A stretch of DNA of 64,000 nucleotides, taken from assembly GCF_041956535.1 (NCBI RefSeq), contig NW_027192209.1, positions 260,092-324,091 of the forward strand, given 5' to 3'. Shown one piece after another: positions 12,937 to 25,719 of this stretch. Position numbers and translations under genes: made by a program. This DNA is from Calcarisporiella thermophila CBS 279.70. Lineage: Eukaryota; Fungi; Calcarisporiellomycota. Under the pieces are notes generated by a model that saw only the letters and a program-made list of their open reading frames with translations, did not search any database and was not told the origin of the DNA. Within the stretch, counting starts at the first letter, position 1. Each line of letters starts with the position of its first letter.

Positions 12937-15448
12937 ATGGTTTTAAAGAAGAAGCAAAGCCAACTGCGAAAAACAAATGCGGGGAAGCTTGCAGCTAAAC
13001 TGAGCGACAAGTTGGCCGGGCTCCTGAAGCTCAATGGAAAGTCCAACCATTACGACTCTGGCTCTGACAAAAAATTCGAGCTCTCCCCTCGAGGAATTAG
13101 CCCTATCGCGGGCTTTAGACGCACAGCTACTCCGAATACATATATTTCGTCCACGGCGAGCTTTCAAGAGTGGGTGGAGGAGGTAACGGCGGATTTTGGA
13201 AATGTGCGACACATTCCACCCAGTAATGGGTCTGACAAGCTGCTGCCCGAGATGGTGGATGCCTCATTTGAAGAGTTGCTGGTAAGCATCCATTAGCAAA
13301 CATTCGTTTCATTCCGTGGTCAAACTAATCGAAACTACCGCATTTTTTAAAGAAAAAACTACAGCTCCCGGCCCATCTCCACGATACCCTGTGTGCTCTC
13401 CCTACGGAAAAGAAGCTGGCTATGATCCGCTCATCCCAGAATACACCGCGATCATCTCTGCCTCAAATGGGTGCATTTTCATCTCTCCCGTTTGTGTCTG
13501 CCTCTTCTAGCTCCAATGGGGCGCGCACCTCCATCTATGCGGCCGATCCTTCTGGAATTGTCTTGAAACTTCGTTCCGGGCATGCCCACGAAATGGACAT
13601 AAAACTACTCCAAGAGCTGAGAGTATTACTTAAGAACGAGGCAGCATGGTAGTTTGTTTGGTTGCTCCTTCTTTTACACCTACCCTCTGAATTTAATACC
13701 TATTGCATTACTAGCTGGACGTCCGATTTCTTACGCGTGGGAGGCCTGGACGCCTTAAACATGATGCTCTGGGATATCAAAGTGATGGCAAAACGGTGCG
13801 TGGGCTATATTATAACACCGATGACAGGCTAAATATGTGTAACCCTTTTTAATAGCAAACGCGAGGAGGAAAAAGTGCTACAGGAGATCCTTCGTTGCTT
13901 TAAAGCTCTGTTAACGCACCAGGTATTCATTGGCCTTTTTGTCTGGAGATAGAATGGCTAACCGTAGTAACCGTCATCATGAAGGATGCCACACGCCGTA
14001 TTCTCATCAATCCCCACCCTCTAACACTGATGCGCAACCTTCTGTTTGCCACTAAACCCCGGGCGGACACCTTGACGAAGCAGATAATTCTCGAGGTGTT
14101 TCTGGCCCTTGCTCGTGTCCATGTTGGTGAATTCAACGGCCACGATCTTCTTTTCAACCTGCTGGCGGACCCCGAAGAAGAGGAGGCCAGTGACGAGGTT
14201 CGCAATAAATACGCACGTAAAGAGATGCCGTTTCCCATGGATGCTTCGCTCTCGCCCATGTCTGCCCCCGCCCGAGTTGCGACGACCTCTCGAATATTTA
14301 AAGCGTGGATGAGAGAGCTGGACATGTTTGTCGAGCAGCATTTCGAGCCGATCGCATTTCTGGCTCGGGCGCTGAGATATGACTTCAAGAGTGCGGCCGC
14401 CAGAGCGTACAAATGCAATGCTCCACAATCGCCTCAGCGCCAAAGGTCGGTGAGGGTGCACAGTAAGCGGAATCCGAGGCGCAAGGCTTCGCGGTCGAAC
14501 AAGCGCCAGAAACCCGGAGTCTCCCCAGCGGACGATGTGATGCTGATGGTCGACATAGGCGTGGTCGAGTGCTTGGTAAGACGAACGGAGTGACGCTTTC
14601 GACCGGTGCTTATACTTCCTTACCTTCCCCCCTACCCCTCCTTCCATGCAGGTGTCACATCTACAGCTTATTAAGTTGATACTTTACTCCCCGCCGCCGG
14701 TGATCTGGCAGCAGCAGGGACTCGACACCAAAGCCCTTCAATCCGAAATGCTAGTCTCTGGGCTTGACCGGGTGATCAAGGTGAGTAGCTAGGGCGATCT
14801 CGATTTTTTTTCCTCCTCCGCCATCGTTCTACGCATTGTGTTGATATTGGCCATATGATTTCCTTTATTTTGCAGAAACTGGTTTCTTGTCCTCATCCGA
14901 CCCTTCTTAACTCGTATTTCCCCTACTTGCAAAACATCTTTCCCGAGGCGCCCCTTGGGCGACCCGGTAGCCCTATCTCGGTGATCTCCAGTGGACAACG
15001 CGATCCGGGCTTGCTCCTTGCCCTCTCGCCGCCCCCCCGTTACTGTACCTCCTCGACCAACTCTTCGTCTGTATCGACACCCCCCTCCTCGCTCGGAGAG
15101 GAGAAGCACAGAATGTGGCTGCGCCATGGTACCATCAAGGTCTGGGACAGTGCTGAATTTGACCAGTGGGAGAGAGACATTTTCTTTGTGGGACAGATGG
15201 GCGACCAAGACCTGGGGCAAGCGTTGCGAAGCGCCTCGGAAACGAGGGGCGATCGACCGCCCAAGAGTATAGGTCACAGGGGAGCCAGAGAGGAGATGAA
15301 GAGGCAGCGCGAGAAGCACTACTTGCCTGGCTGGGTTCATCATCCCGGTGCTACGCTGCATGCAAGTGAAGGGGCGGGTGAGAATAGCGAATGGGAGGAC
15401 GAGGAGGAATGGGACCCAAACGGCCAACTCTCCCTAGGAGAGAGCTGA
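12937..15448 (+). CDS. Diaphanous GTPase-binding-domain (Drf_GBD/armadillo) protein without FH1/FH2 (Rid1-like)
   Basis: LLQELRVLLKNEAAWWTSDFLRVGGLDAL...EEKVLQEILRCFKALL resembles a formin GBD. Six GT-AG introns. No poly-Pro FH1 or FH2 domain. Confidence 0.65.
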
Positions 15449-16274
15449 GTGGCCTACCCCCGCAGCAAGCCCCTTTCTTTGTGTACTCTAGCCAGTATTT
15501 TTATCATTATTATTTTAAATTTGTATACTTCGTGTCACTCCTTGGCACGAACTATTATATTTTTGAACAAAGTTAGATGTAATTTTCAACTGAAACTACG
15601 CTGCCATCTCTGTCATGCTAGGGACCGACGAGGCTCGCTTGTGCATTCTTTTTCTCCACCCATTTTTATTGCTTTCAGGATGGATTGTACGCTAATACGG
15701 AGCCTGGCGCTTGAATGGCCAGTCTCCATTGGCTCAACTAGCTTTGAGCACTATGTATGAATCCAGGATCAGACCTTGATCACCCGTTAGACACGCTTAT
15801 GCACATACTTCCTCTGATCTCTTCCGAATTCCCGTGAATGCGGTTTGGGTGGCTACCTAGCAGGATTGGTTTGATGTCGGCAGGAACTATTTATAGGAGT
15901 TTGGAAGTTTCCCCAATAAATAGGTCGGGAGCGAGACTTATTAGTGGGCCATGGAGAAGAACAGCGCTAAGGAATCCTGCAGTTATGACACCATGCTAAT
16001 CTAAGCAGAATCGAAAAATCGAACTCAGACTACTACCATACTGGCCGACCACCTAGGTTCCAACCGTCATTTTAGAAGCTAGGGAAAAGCCGCCGTGGAA
16101 CCATGAGGGGCAGGAGGAGAGGTGAGGAATGCCGTAGCCAAAGCTTGCCTTTCTCTCCAAGGTATCACCCAAATCGTTCATAGCCGCTCGACCTCCTCCA
16201 TCCACAATCTAAAGCTTGACCTATAGTTGAACTCTGCATTTCTCTCCTTAATTTCATTACGTTGTCTCCCCGGC

Positions 16275-17688
16275 ATGACCGCCACGCCGCCCGTCACATT
16301 GCTCCTTGCCACACTGCTCCTCTTGTTTACATGCGGCCATGCGCAGGTGTTCATGAAGCAGTCGCGATTGGCAACGACGGTGGTCAACGACACCCTCTAT
16401 GTTTACGGGGGAGCCATTTATAGCCAAGGAAGCAATATATCCGCTCAAAACCTTCTCCTTATCAACATAACGCGCCCATTCCCGCTCCGTATCCCTGCGC
16501 TTAATGCCGGCTCCGGGATATACCGCAAAGGGATCCCGTATGCGTCGGTTGGAGCGGTGTTGTTTCGGGCGGGAAACAAAGTGGCGGCCTATGGGGGAAG
16601 CGAGCTGGGCCAGTGCAGCAATGAGACCTTCTACCCCGAAATCAAAGCAGACACCAACTCTAGTTACTCCCTCTACACCTGGGACAATTCGGCCGTCCCC
16701 TACAAGTGGGTGCAAAGCCCCAAGCCCACCCCTCCCGCGCGGGCCTATGCAGGCGCAATAGTCGATAAGGCGGGGAAGGTGTACATCTATGGGATGCAAC
16801 AGACAGGTTCCTCGTCGCCCCTCGTGTATGAGCCCCAGACCGAGTCGTGGAGCGAGATGGCCACTTCTGGAATGGCGCCCTCGTGCGGGTTCCCGTGCGC
16901 CGTGCACTATCTCCGGTCCAAGAATGCCATGCTTGTCATTGACCCCTTCATGGAGATTTACACCCTTGACCTCAAAACGGGGGTGTGGACCCAGCTGACT
17001 AGAGAAACGGGCCCCACCGACTTGCTCAATTACTACGGGTCGGTGATCACGCAAGACGAGCGTGTCCTGGTGTATGGGGGGCTTCACCAAGGGGTGTATC
17101 GATACAACCAAGACTTGCTGATGTTCGATACCAAGACGTTGAACTGGAGCACCGTGCAGACCCAGGGGGTCCCTCCCTCGCCTCGCGTATTCCCAGGTAA
17201 TGGCCTCCGTTGAGGAAACCATCGCGTGGTCACTCATCCCCTTTCCTTTTTTTTTCCGCTCCCCCTGCTTCTTAGGTGTTGCCATGGTGGGTTCGAAACT
17301 CTTCATTCTCGGCGGAGAGACACAGAAGTGTGCGGACGCGGACTCGAACATCTACCTGCTCGATACCAAGAACTTCACCTGGCTCAATGCCTATGAGCCC
17401 GATGAGGATGATTTCTCCTACTTCCCCTCCTATCCAAGCTCCCCCGATATCGGCATGATTGTCGGGATCACGCTGGGCGTCCTCTTGGGGTTGGCGGTGG
17501 TGGTAGGCTCCGTGGTGCTGTATTTGAGAAAATCAAAACGCCGCAATCATCTGCCACCCTCTGTGGACAACAAGGCCCCGATAGACGCCAGTGAGGATGC
17601 CTCCTACAAGCCGGACGCTCCCCCCTCAGAGCTCATCGATCCCCGTATAAAGCTTCTTAAGCCGGATGAAATTGATGGCCAAACTTAG
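16275..17688 (+). CDS. Type I membrane protein with an extracellular kelch/galactose-oxidase beta-propeller (2 exons)
   Basis: Signal peptide; kelch motifs LYVYGG, VAAYGG, VLVYGG, LFILGG; TM IVGITLGVLLGLAVVVGSVVLYL followed by RKSKRR. One intron, about 17197-17275. Confidence 0.85.
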
Positions 17689-18142
17689 GGGAGAGGAGTG
17701 AAAATAACACTCGCGCCCCATTTATTTGAATTTTCCGGAACTCCATCACTAATTGTCGCACGCCTTCCTGTTTTTTATTTATCTTTCATCTAAGCTCATC
17801 CCACATTATCCTACTGCTTCATTCCAATTAATTCAAGGGGAGAGGTTGTACTTGTGTTCTATTAATGGTATCTATATATGGTTAAAGCTTTCCTTTTATA
17901 TCTGATTTGTAATATCTCTTGGGCAACAAGCCGATTTTTTAATTCATTTTGACATAAGAATCGATCGTAGAGACTGGAGTATAGAGCAAGATAAGCGCTC
18001 GAGGGAGGAGCGGGGGAAAGAACCCAGCGTGGAAACAAAATAACAAATAGATAATGAAACACGTCCATCAAGGATAGATCAGAAGGAGTATACAAACTGG
18101 AGAGGCGATAGCATTCCTCGTGGTCGTCTCACACCGCCATCG

Positions 18143-19255
18143 TTAGTGGCTCGAAGAGCTCGGTTGCGCGTCTCCTTGCCATCCGCCGGATAGCGAGCGC
18201 GTGTAAGAAGAGTGTCTTTGGTGCACTTGAGTGATTTCTCGCTCAATCTCCCGACTCTCTTCGAGGAGTGCGCGCTGGAGTTCATCGTCTGATTCGTAGG
18301 GGAGCCACATGATCACCATGCAAAAGCCGATGAAAAGGGAAAGCTAGCTCAACCAGGCCGGATTAGAGGAGAAAAAAGAACGGTCATGGGCACTCTCGGT
18401 TACCTCAATCAGACCCAGCACCATCCCGGCCACGCCCAGCACGCGATATCCATTCAGGAATGCATCCGAGAGCGGCTCATAGCATGAGCTGCTGTAGTGG
18501 TATACAAGGGAGCAATTTCGAGGGACGGCACGATCATGGGGGTCATGGAATCCGCAGCATTCATACTTGATTAGAAACGAGAGGGAAAATGAGCAGGAGA
18601 GGCGGGGAGGAGGGTAATGAGGAGAATTACATATTTTTCCACGCGTAAAAGGAATTTCGGGTCTGTGGAATAGGCCCTGCCCCACTCGTCCTCCAGGTCT
18701 TTGGCGATCTAGTGTAATGCACAAGAGTTCCACTTAGAAGAGGAATCAATGAATGAGCATTTGCGTTAATGCAGCCACTCACGTTGCCTCGATCAGAAAA
18801 TGCCACGTAACCCACCACTATGGACCCCAAAAAACAGGCATGAGAAGAGAACAGAAAGAGCTTCACTCGAAGCCAAGACAAGAAAAATAAGGTACTCAAC
18901 CTATTTGCACCAAAATAAGCCCCGCCAGCATCATGCCGAACATTTTCGGACGGCTCACGGCCTTTTCATTGCAACAGACTGCAATTCCAACCATGGCAAA
19001 CACCGCGCCCAGCGAAATGGTCGAGATGGGCAAAGTGCGGTGGAGCGAGAGCGAGCTGATAACGACAGAGCCCGTACAAACGAGAATTATTCCCGCGAGC
19101 TACATTAGAGAACGGGAGTGTGAATAATGAGCTAATGGAGGGGGAGAAGGAAGAAGAGTGGAACAACACGTTGCCAATGCGAGGATTCCAAGGACGAACA
19201 CGGTTCGCTGGAAGCGAGTTCTATGACTGAGAATGATGGGCACACGGCTCTTCAT
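18143..19255 (-). CDS. Tetraspanin (about 6 exons; fragmented in the ORF track)
   Basis: Spliced product has four TM helices. The large extracellular loop is IAKDLEDEWGRAY...RVEKYYECCGFHDPHDRAVPRNC...SC, with the hallmark CCG motif. Confidence 0.8.
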
Positions 19256-19499
19256 TTCATTACTTTTTGTTGGCCTATTGGCAGTTAGGTTCTTGTGAAA
19301 AAAATAAGCAGCAACTTGGAAAAATTAATTTTTCGCAATGAGAATTTTATAATAGGTTCACTTAACTAAAGCCACAGGTGGAGTTTCGGAAAATTTGGAA
19401 GGAAGAGGGAGAAAAAGAGAAAGGGGGAGAGGGGAGAGGGGGAAGTGTATTCTGAGGGTTGGTAAAGATACAAACAAGGCCAAAAAATTACCCCAAGTA

Positions 19500-21756
19500 T
19501 TATTTAGAAGATGAAGTGTCCAAAGGGGCGCTATTGCCGATGGGTTTCTCGACTTTGTCTCGGACCGCGTCGAGCCTTGATCGCAGCTTTTGAATGGCCG
19601 CAGAGGTTTCCGAGATACCATTATACATACTGCTGAAGGGTTTCTCTGCACCCAGAAAAAGCCACGTTAGCTTAAGAGAAAGAGAGACCATGTTTGGAGC
19701 CCATCCATCTACACTCACCTCCCCGGGCAATTTTGCAAGCGCTTTCCAGTCGTAGCTCGAGGCTCGCCTCGTCTTGTTGCACAAAGTGGACTATAACATC
19801 CACCGTGCGCTGCCACCCAGCTTGCCGAAGCCGCTCAGCCCCGTCTTCGCTGGCGAGGGTGCCAGGGATAGCAAACTCGCGCGGGACGTTGACTCCGTAT
19901 TCAGCGTTCACCCAGGGACAATAGCTGTAATGAGCCTTGATCACATCGAACTTGAGCGTGTTTTCGGTGGTGCGGAATACGCCGGGCGGGTGCTCCTTAT
20001 TTGCGGTACCATTGGGCTTGCCGGAGCGATCTTCAGAGGATGCTTGTGCCTCCACTGCCGGCTCCCCCTCGTCTACGGGCGTGTCCGTCTTCATAGCTCC
20101 TTCGACCAGGGTAAGGCTCTCACTAGGCTCAGACGGTTTACTTTTGCCCTCCACCTCAGCCCCCTCTAAATTCGGCGTTGCTTTCTCTTCCTCCTTGATA
20201 GTTTCTCCCTTTACCTCGCCTGCCTCATCGGTCGCCTTTTCCTCCTCTTGCTCTTCCCTCGTCTGGTTTTCCGGGTCCACCGTTTCTCCGAGAGCGTCCT
20301 TAACCATTTCTTCCGCTGGACTCTCTTTGTCGACATCTTGGTCTTGCACAGAAATAGAGTCTTCCTTGCTCATTCCCTCGGCTTGGGCATTTGGACCGCC
20401 TTCATTCGATGTGCCAGAAACTTGCGCCTCTTCTGGCTCCGCGGTGCCCATCTCCGGTTCTTGCTTCTCTATTTCAACGTTTTCCTTCCCTCTGTCGTTT
20501 GTGTCTCCACTTGCCTCTTCTTTATGAGGGTCTGACCCCACATCGACGTCTTCTTCCATATGGTCTCCATTTATCTCATCGCTAGGGCGGCCTTGCTCTT
20601 GTGCTTCCACGGTAGAGCCCTCCTCATTTTGTTCCTCCTTCTCACCACTATGCTCTGGATGGGTCTCGCTTGGTACGGTATAAGAGTGCTGACAAAAGCA
20701 TAAGTCACAGCGCAGGGAGGCTTCTTCCAATTGCCATCCGAAGAGGGCTAGCAGGGCAGCCCGCTCCAAGGGGATCGCTTCAGGTTCGGCCATCGTCGTG
20801 TGTAAAGCGAGTCTTAGGAGCTTTACCGCCGAATGGAGCTGATTTTGGTCCTAAAAGAAAAATAGTGGCAATTCAGCAACAGGTAATCCATTTCCAGAGC
20901 GCTCGATTTCCTACCAAGGGGTGCTCGATCTGAGGAAGTTGGCCGGATTTGATCAACTCCTTGGCAACATCAACGAAATTGCTGACTGTAACTGGTGATG
21001 CTAACAAGGGAAACCTGTAGAAAGAGACTAGAATAAGAAAAGAAAAAAGGGGGGTAAGTACCGACCTCCCATGGCGTTCTTTGCCTCAAGGAATAGCAAG
21101 AAATACTTACTATCCTCGGGCGATTTTCTCCAAAGACATGATTCCTTGTGTGCTGTCGATAGTTGTTTTTTATAAGTAGCCGCAAGGGCGTCCACTGCAC
21201 AAAAAGAGCTCAGTAAAAATGGAAATAGTAGAAAGGCTAAATAGGAAAAAAATCTTTACACAGATCTCCACTCCATTCCTCAGGAAATCGCAAGTAAATG
21301 ATGGCTAGGCATTCTCGGCACGTCAGCTTGTCTTTTTCCGGACTAGTCCAACCGTGCCTTGCACACTCGATAGGATTGATCTTCAATGGAGTCGTCGACC
21401 AAGCCGAGCCGTGAGAGTTAGGCAAAAATCAGAATGGTTAAAGATAATCCGAGTCGAAAGCACAGCAACAATAGAAGCAGGAGAGGGGAGGGGGGGGGGG
21501 TAGGAAAAGGATATCTTAAAAGTGCTCAGGCGCTCCAAGAAGCTTTCATACGCTTCCTTCCGGGGAGTCCTGCCTACGATTGCGAATCTTCTACGCGCAT
21601 CATTGCCCAAGTGAAATCTTCTACGAGCAATTTAAGGACAAAATGTTACAAGCAGGGGCTGGCGCCGACGGCAATAATGGGTCCATACTTTGAGGGGGTA
21701 TCATCGGAATCATTCTCGCCGGCATTCAATTTCCTCTTTGGCGGTGTCGTAGCCAT
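19500..21756 (-). CDS. zf-C3HC / Rsm1 (NIPA/ZC3HC1/Pml39-like) protein
   Basis: FLERLSTFK|GSAWSTTPLKINPIECARHGW...LTCREC...AHKESCLW, then LALFGW..LRCDLC and FDVIKAHYSYCPW. Long acidic insert. Requires one AT-AC intron. Confidence 0.88.
21411..21514 (-). other. U12-type (minor spliceosome) AT-AC intron, 104 nt
   Basis: On the minus strand: AAG|ATATCCTTTT...TCTTTAACC...TGCCTAACTCTCAC|GGC. Removal restores the conserved C3HC reading frame. Confidence 0.9.
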
Positions 21757-21914
21757 GGGATCTCGAGACTCGAAAGGACTGCTTAAAAACGGGACAATGA
21801 GCCTCTTCATTAGACCGGTGGCTGAATGTAAGTTGAGGGCAACCATTCACGCATCCAGGACATTTTATTGCATGAGCAGAACAAAATTAATGTGATATAA
21901 GATTCGGGGGGTTT

Positions 21915-22730
21915 TTGTCTGATTCGTCGCTGCGCAGTAGAGAAGGCCGAAGTTACTGCGACCCCCACGCAGAGCAAGCTCGGTTGCTCAGCAGCATTGG
22001 CCTTGCGCGTGGGAGGGGGATTGGGCCTCCGGCCCTACGGCCACGGGATGAGGAGGGCGAGGGGGAGGAGGGGCCGAGCCCGTGGCCACGCAATCTGACA
22101 AGGCATGCAGAGCAGATGCGCGCGGGAGGGCGGCGGGGCCAGCAGGGCAAGGGAGGGGGGGGGGGCTTGCAAGCATTTAAGAATGCATCGCGGGGAGCTT
22201 CTTAAATCCGCGAACGCTGCGTTTAGAGTTTTTCCCTCTGTTGTAACACACCGGTTTCAATAAGAAAGAGCAGGCCCAAGAAGGTTTAACCTTTTTGTTC
22301 TCAGGAAGAGAAACACGGAGAGCAGCAGCGAGGACTGGCCAAGGCCGGTAGCCACACGTGATGGGATGGCCTGCTGCCACACTTGGAGCAATTTCAATTT
22401 TTTCTCAGCTCCCGCTAAATGACTAGGGTCGGATCGCCTTGGAGTATTTCCTCTTCGCTTATTCTCGAGCTCAGCAACCGATTTTCCCTTGCTGCTCTCG
22501 CCCCTCGTGCTGGCCCCCTCCCTGCCCCATCCGCTGCGCGCCCCCCCGCTCGCTCTCCACTTCCCCCCTCGCACCTGACTTTCCACGCATCGCCTGACGG
22601 CTCCCTCCCTCCGCTCTCTCTCGTTTGCTCGGATTTTCCCCTCCTGCAATCTTTCGAGATTCCAGGCGAAGCCCCCCCCTCCGCTTTCCCCTCCCCTCCC
22701 CCCTCTCTGGTTGGCTTGATTATCCTCCCG
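21915..22730. promoter_or_regulatory. GC/CpG-rich divergent promoter and 5' leader between the C3HC and PSP1 genes
   Basis: G-runs on the + strand (22010-22166) switch to C-runs (22500-22705). Contains GGGCGG, ATTGG and CACGTG motifs. Confidence 0.55.
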
Positions 22731-23363
22731 TGACAAAAACAAAAGGCGAGGCTTGCTAGGCGCCCTAGGTAAGCTTTCTTTGATTTTCTTTTGATTTTCC
22801 CCTTCGATGTGGGCTGCGGAATCCGGTGCTTTCCTCCCATTGAAGGCGGAATGCCCATTTCTGCATGTTGATTTACTGCCGCTTAAGGACCATTGACGCT
22901 GATCTTTTGCCTTCTTCTCCATTTATATAATCTCTCGCGATTCCCATCTTTCGTGGCTTTGATCTTCGTCATTTCCCATGGTGTTTCCACCCCTTCACTC
23001 CTGCTCCAAAATCCCAGCCATCAAGAACTCTTTCTATAGACGTAGTTATATATATATAGTATTCTCCTTAGATTGGAATTCCTTTTCCTTTCCCCCCCTC
23101 TTATTTCTTATACATTGGCAGTGTTTTTTATTTAGTCTATAGATTCCGTTTAACGTGCAGTTCTTACTGTACCATTTGTGTCTTTTTTTTAACTTCTCTA
23201 TTGCTCTTTTTCTTATTCTAATCCTAATCTGCCCCTGAGAATCGACTCAGACCCATTGCCTACATCGACATCAAGGTGAGTGACAATGTGGTTTTGGGAT
23301 GAGCTTCTTTTTTATTCACCGTGCGTATCTCTCATAACGAATAGTTATCGAATCCTAAAGGTT

Positions 23364-25719
23364 ATGCTTGAGGTGAATTGTCTTTTTATTTCTATTGTGT
23401 CGCGCAGAGATACCTCGTAGTGTTTTCCCGCTGACCTATTTGTTACCCAATTTTAATTCATAGAAGCATCAGCAGCAACAAGACCAACAGAGGCAGCCGT
23501 TGCAACAGCATAATAGCAGCGTGTCGCAAGGGGATTCTATCTGGATTGGTGTAATTATGACCTGCAGCTCCTTCCAAGAACTATAATAACACATCCTGTC
23601 TTCTTACTGCAGGGACCCCAGCCAAACATGAAATCTATCGGGGCAGAGCCTCCTCTTCCTGAAAGTACACAGATACTCTCGGCCTCTCCACGGACGCCCC
23701 TCGGGGGAGCGTTTGATTTCCCGCCCGATGGCAACTGGCGGGTGGTTGGCAGCCCTTCGCGGAGATTGAGCCTCCAGCCTCCCCAAGAGGCGGACGAGCT
23801 TCGCTCGGCAGCGATGGAGGGAGGCGTCGGCGACGAAGGCTATACGATGCTGAATCGCGCCTCCAACCTTCCGGTGGGTAGCCTCTCCGAGACATCCGAC
23901 ATCAACGTCTCCTCCTCTGCAGTGGCTCCAAAGCCGGCCCGCTATGCCCTCTCGGGCGGCCTGGATGGCGCCGGATCCCGGTGGCCGAGCATGCCTTGGG
24001 GCTCGTCCGGGATCGACCCCCAAAATACCACGTGGGGGGACCCGGCCAAACGCGGCATGGCCGGTGGCCCTCTCTCCCCGGCCCTCGAGATGGGCGCCGG
24101 CGCTAACGATTTCCCCCCCACGACCATGGACCCACACCGGTATTTCCGCCAACATCGCAGCCTCTCCCTCTCCTCCGCACAACAAGGCGACTATCTCGGC
24201 GGATTGGAGCCCAGCTCCTATTCTCGCTCCAGCTATCGTCAGCCGCTTCCGGCCATGGAGGAGGAGGAAGACGACGACGAGGTGCCGCAGTCTCCGTACG
24301 AACTGCCAAAATCGCGACTGCGCTCCAAATCTTCCGCCGCCGCCTACGGGATCGCGCTCCCGTCGCATGATTACTATGGGGAGGAGGCGATACCCGGCCT
24401 GTCCTCTTCCTACAGGCAAGAGGGCCTACCCAGCATCTGGAACCGGCTCCCCCCAGGGGGCCTGGGCCGCCGATCCTCCATCGGCGGGTATCACCCTTCC
24501 TCGCCAGGCTCCTTCTGGGAGCCCACCACCCCCCTTTCCCCCGCCTCCTCCACCGCCGCCGCTGCCGCCGCCTCCTATTTCCCCTCATCGCTAGCCGAAA
24601 GAGAGCGGCTGGATCGGATGCGCACCCAGCGCAGATATTCGCTCGCCCCCGCTCCCACCTACCACGACAACGCTTTCCTGGAGGGCGATGAGGATCTTCG
24701 CACACTGAGCCGGTAAGAAGGGTTGATCTGTCCTGCTTTCCCATTATTGACGCACACTCTCCCCCCCTCCCCCCCCCTCCCTCCACTAGCTCCTTCGATC
24801 CCGATTATCTGCATCTTCGCCGCCACTCTGTTGCGGGTCCCGCATTAGCACCTGGTCCAAATCAAGCCGCGAATCTCCTCCCAGAAGCGCTGGATTCGCT
24901 TATTCTGGACGAGACTCAACGGGTGGTCACCCCTTCGGCGGCGCGCCTCCCCGGCGATCCCACTCGCTCGGCTCTAGTCATGGGCCCGTCCTCAATGGGT
25001 GACAGCGGGCGTGACGCCTCCCTGGAGCGCACGAATGAGCCCCTACAAGACCTGGGCAAGGGCACGCCCCTCCACGCGTTGGCGCCGCGAGATCGCGTAT
25101 ACGTCGTGGAGTTTAAAGCTGGTCGAACCGACTTTTATTATGTGCCCGAGGGAAGCATGATCGAGGTTCGAATCGGCGACTTGGTGATCGTGGAGGCGGA
25201 CCGTGGCCAGGATCTGGGGAAGGTGACGACGGATGCGCTTACTCCTCCCCAGGTTCGACAGATTCACCAACAACAGCAGCCCGCACCCGAGCCCGTGTCC
25301 GCCGATATGGCTGGCTCGGGGGGAGCGGCTCGGCAACGGGAGGTGCGACCGAAGAAAATCTATCGATTGGCGGATCCGAACGAAGTCACCATGCTCATGT
25401 CGAAGCAGCAGGACGAAGCCAAGGCGATGGCGCTGTGCCAAACAAAAGTGCGCCAAAAAAATTTACCCATGGAGGTGGTCGATGCAGAGTATCAATGGTA
25501 GGTTCCGCTAAGCTCCGCTCTCTACGACCCCGGAGGCCTAACGCCTACCCCCCCCCCCCCTCCCTCTGACCTGCTCTCTATAGGGATCGCCGCAAGCTGA
25601 CTTTCTATTTCGTTGCGGACCGTCGCATTGATTTCCGGGAGCTTGTGCGTGAATTATTTAAGGTGTACAAGACCAGGATATGGATGTGCGCAACGACGAT
25701 GCAGGCGAAAAAGAAGTAA
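23364..25719 (+). CDS. PSP1 C-terminal-domain protein with a long disordered N-terminus
   Basis: [37 protein letters not shown]|[35 protein letters not shown]. The inferred start ATG lies in a 12-nt exon (23361-23372). Confidence 0.9.

Noticed and set aside
16257-17351. Long antisense ORFs (364 aa here; also 23604-24419, 27017-27847, 31207-32085, 33377-34150)
   Set aside because: Shadows of GC-rich codon usage in the real genes on the other strand, with no recognisable domains.
22257-22922. 221-aa ORF in the GC-rich intergenic region
   Set aside because: Low-complexity Gly/Arg translation of C-runs in the PSP1 leader, with no coding signature.
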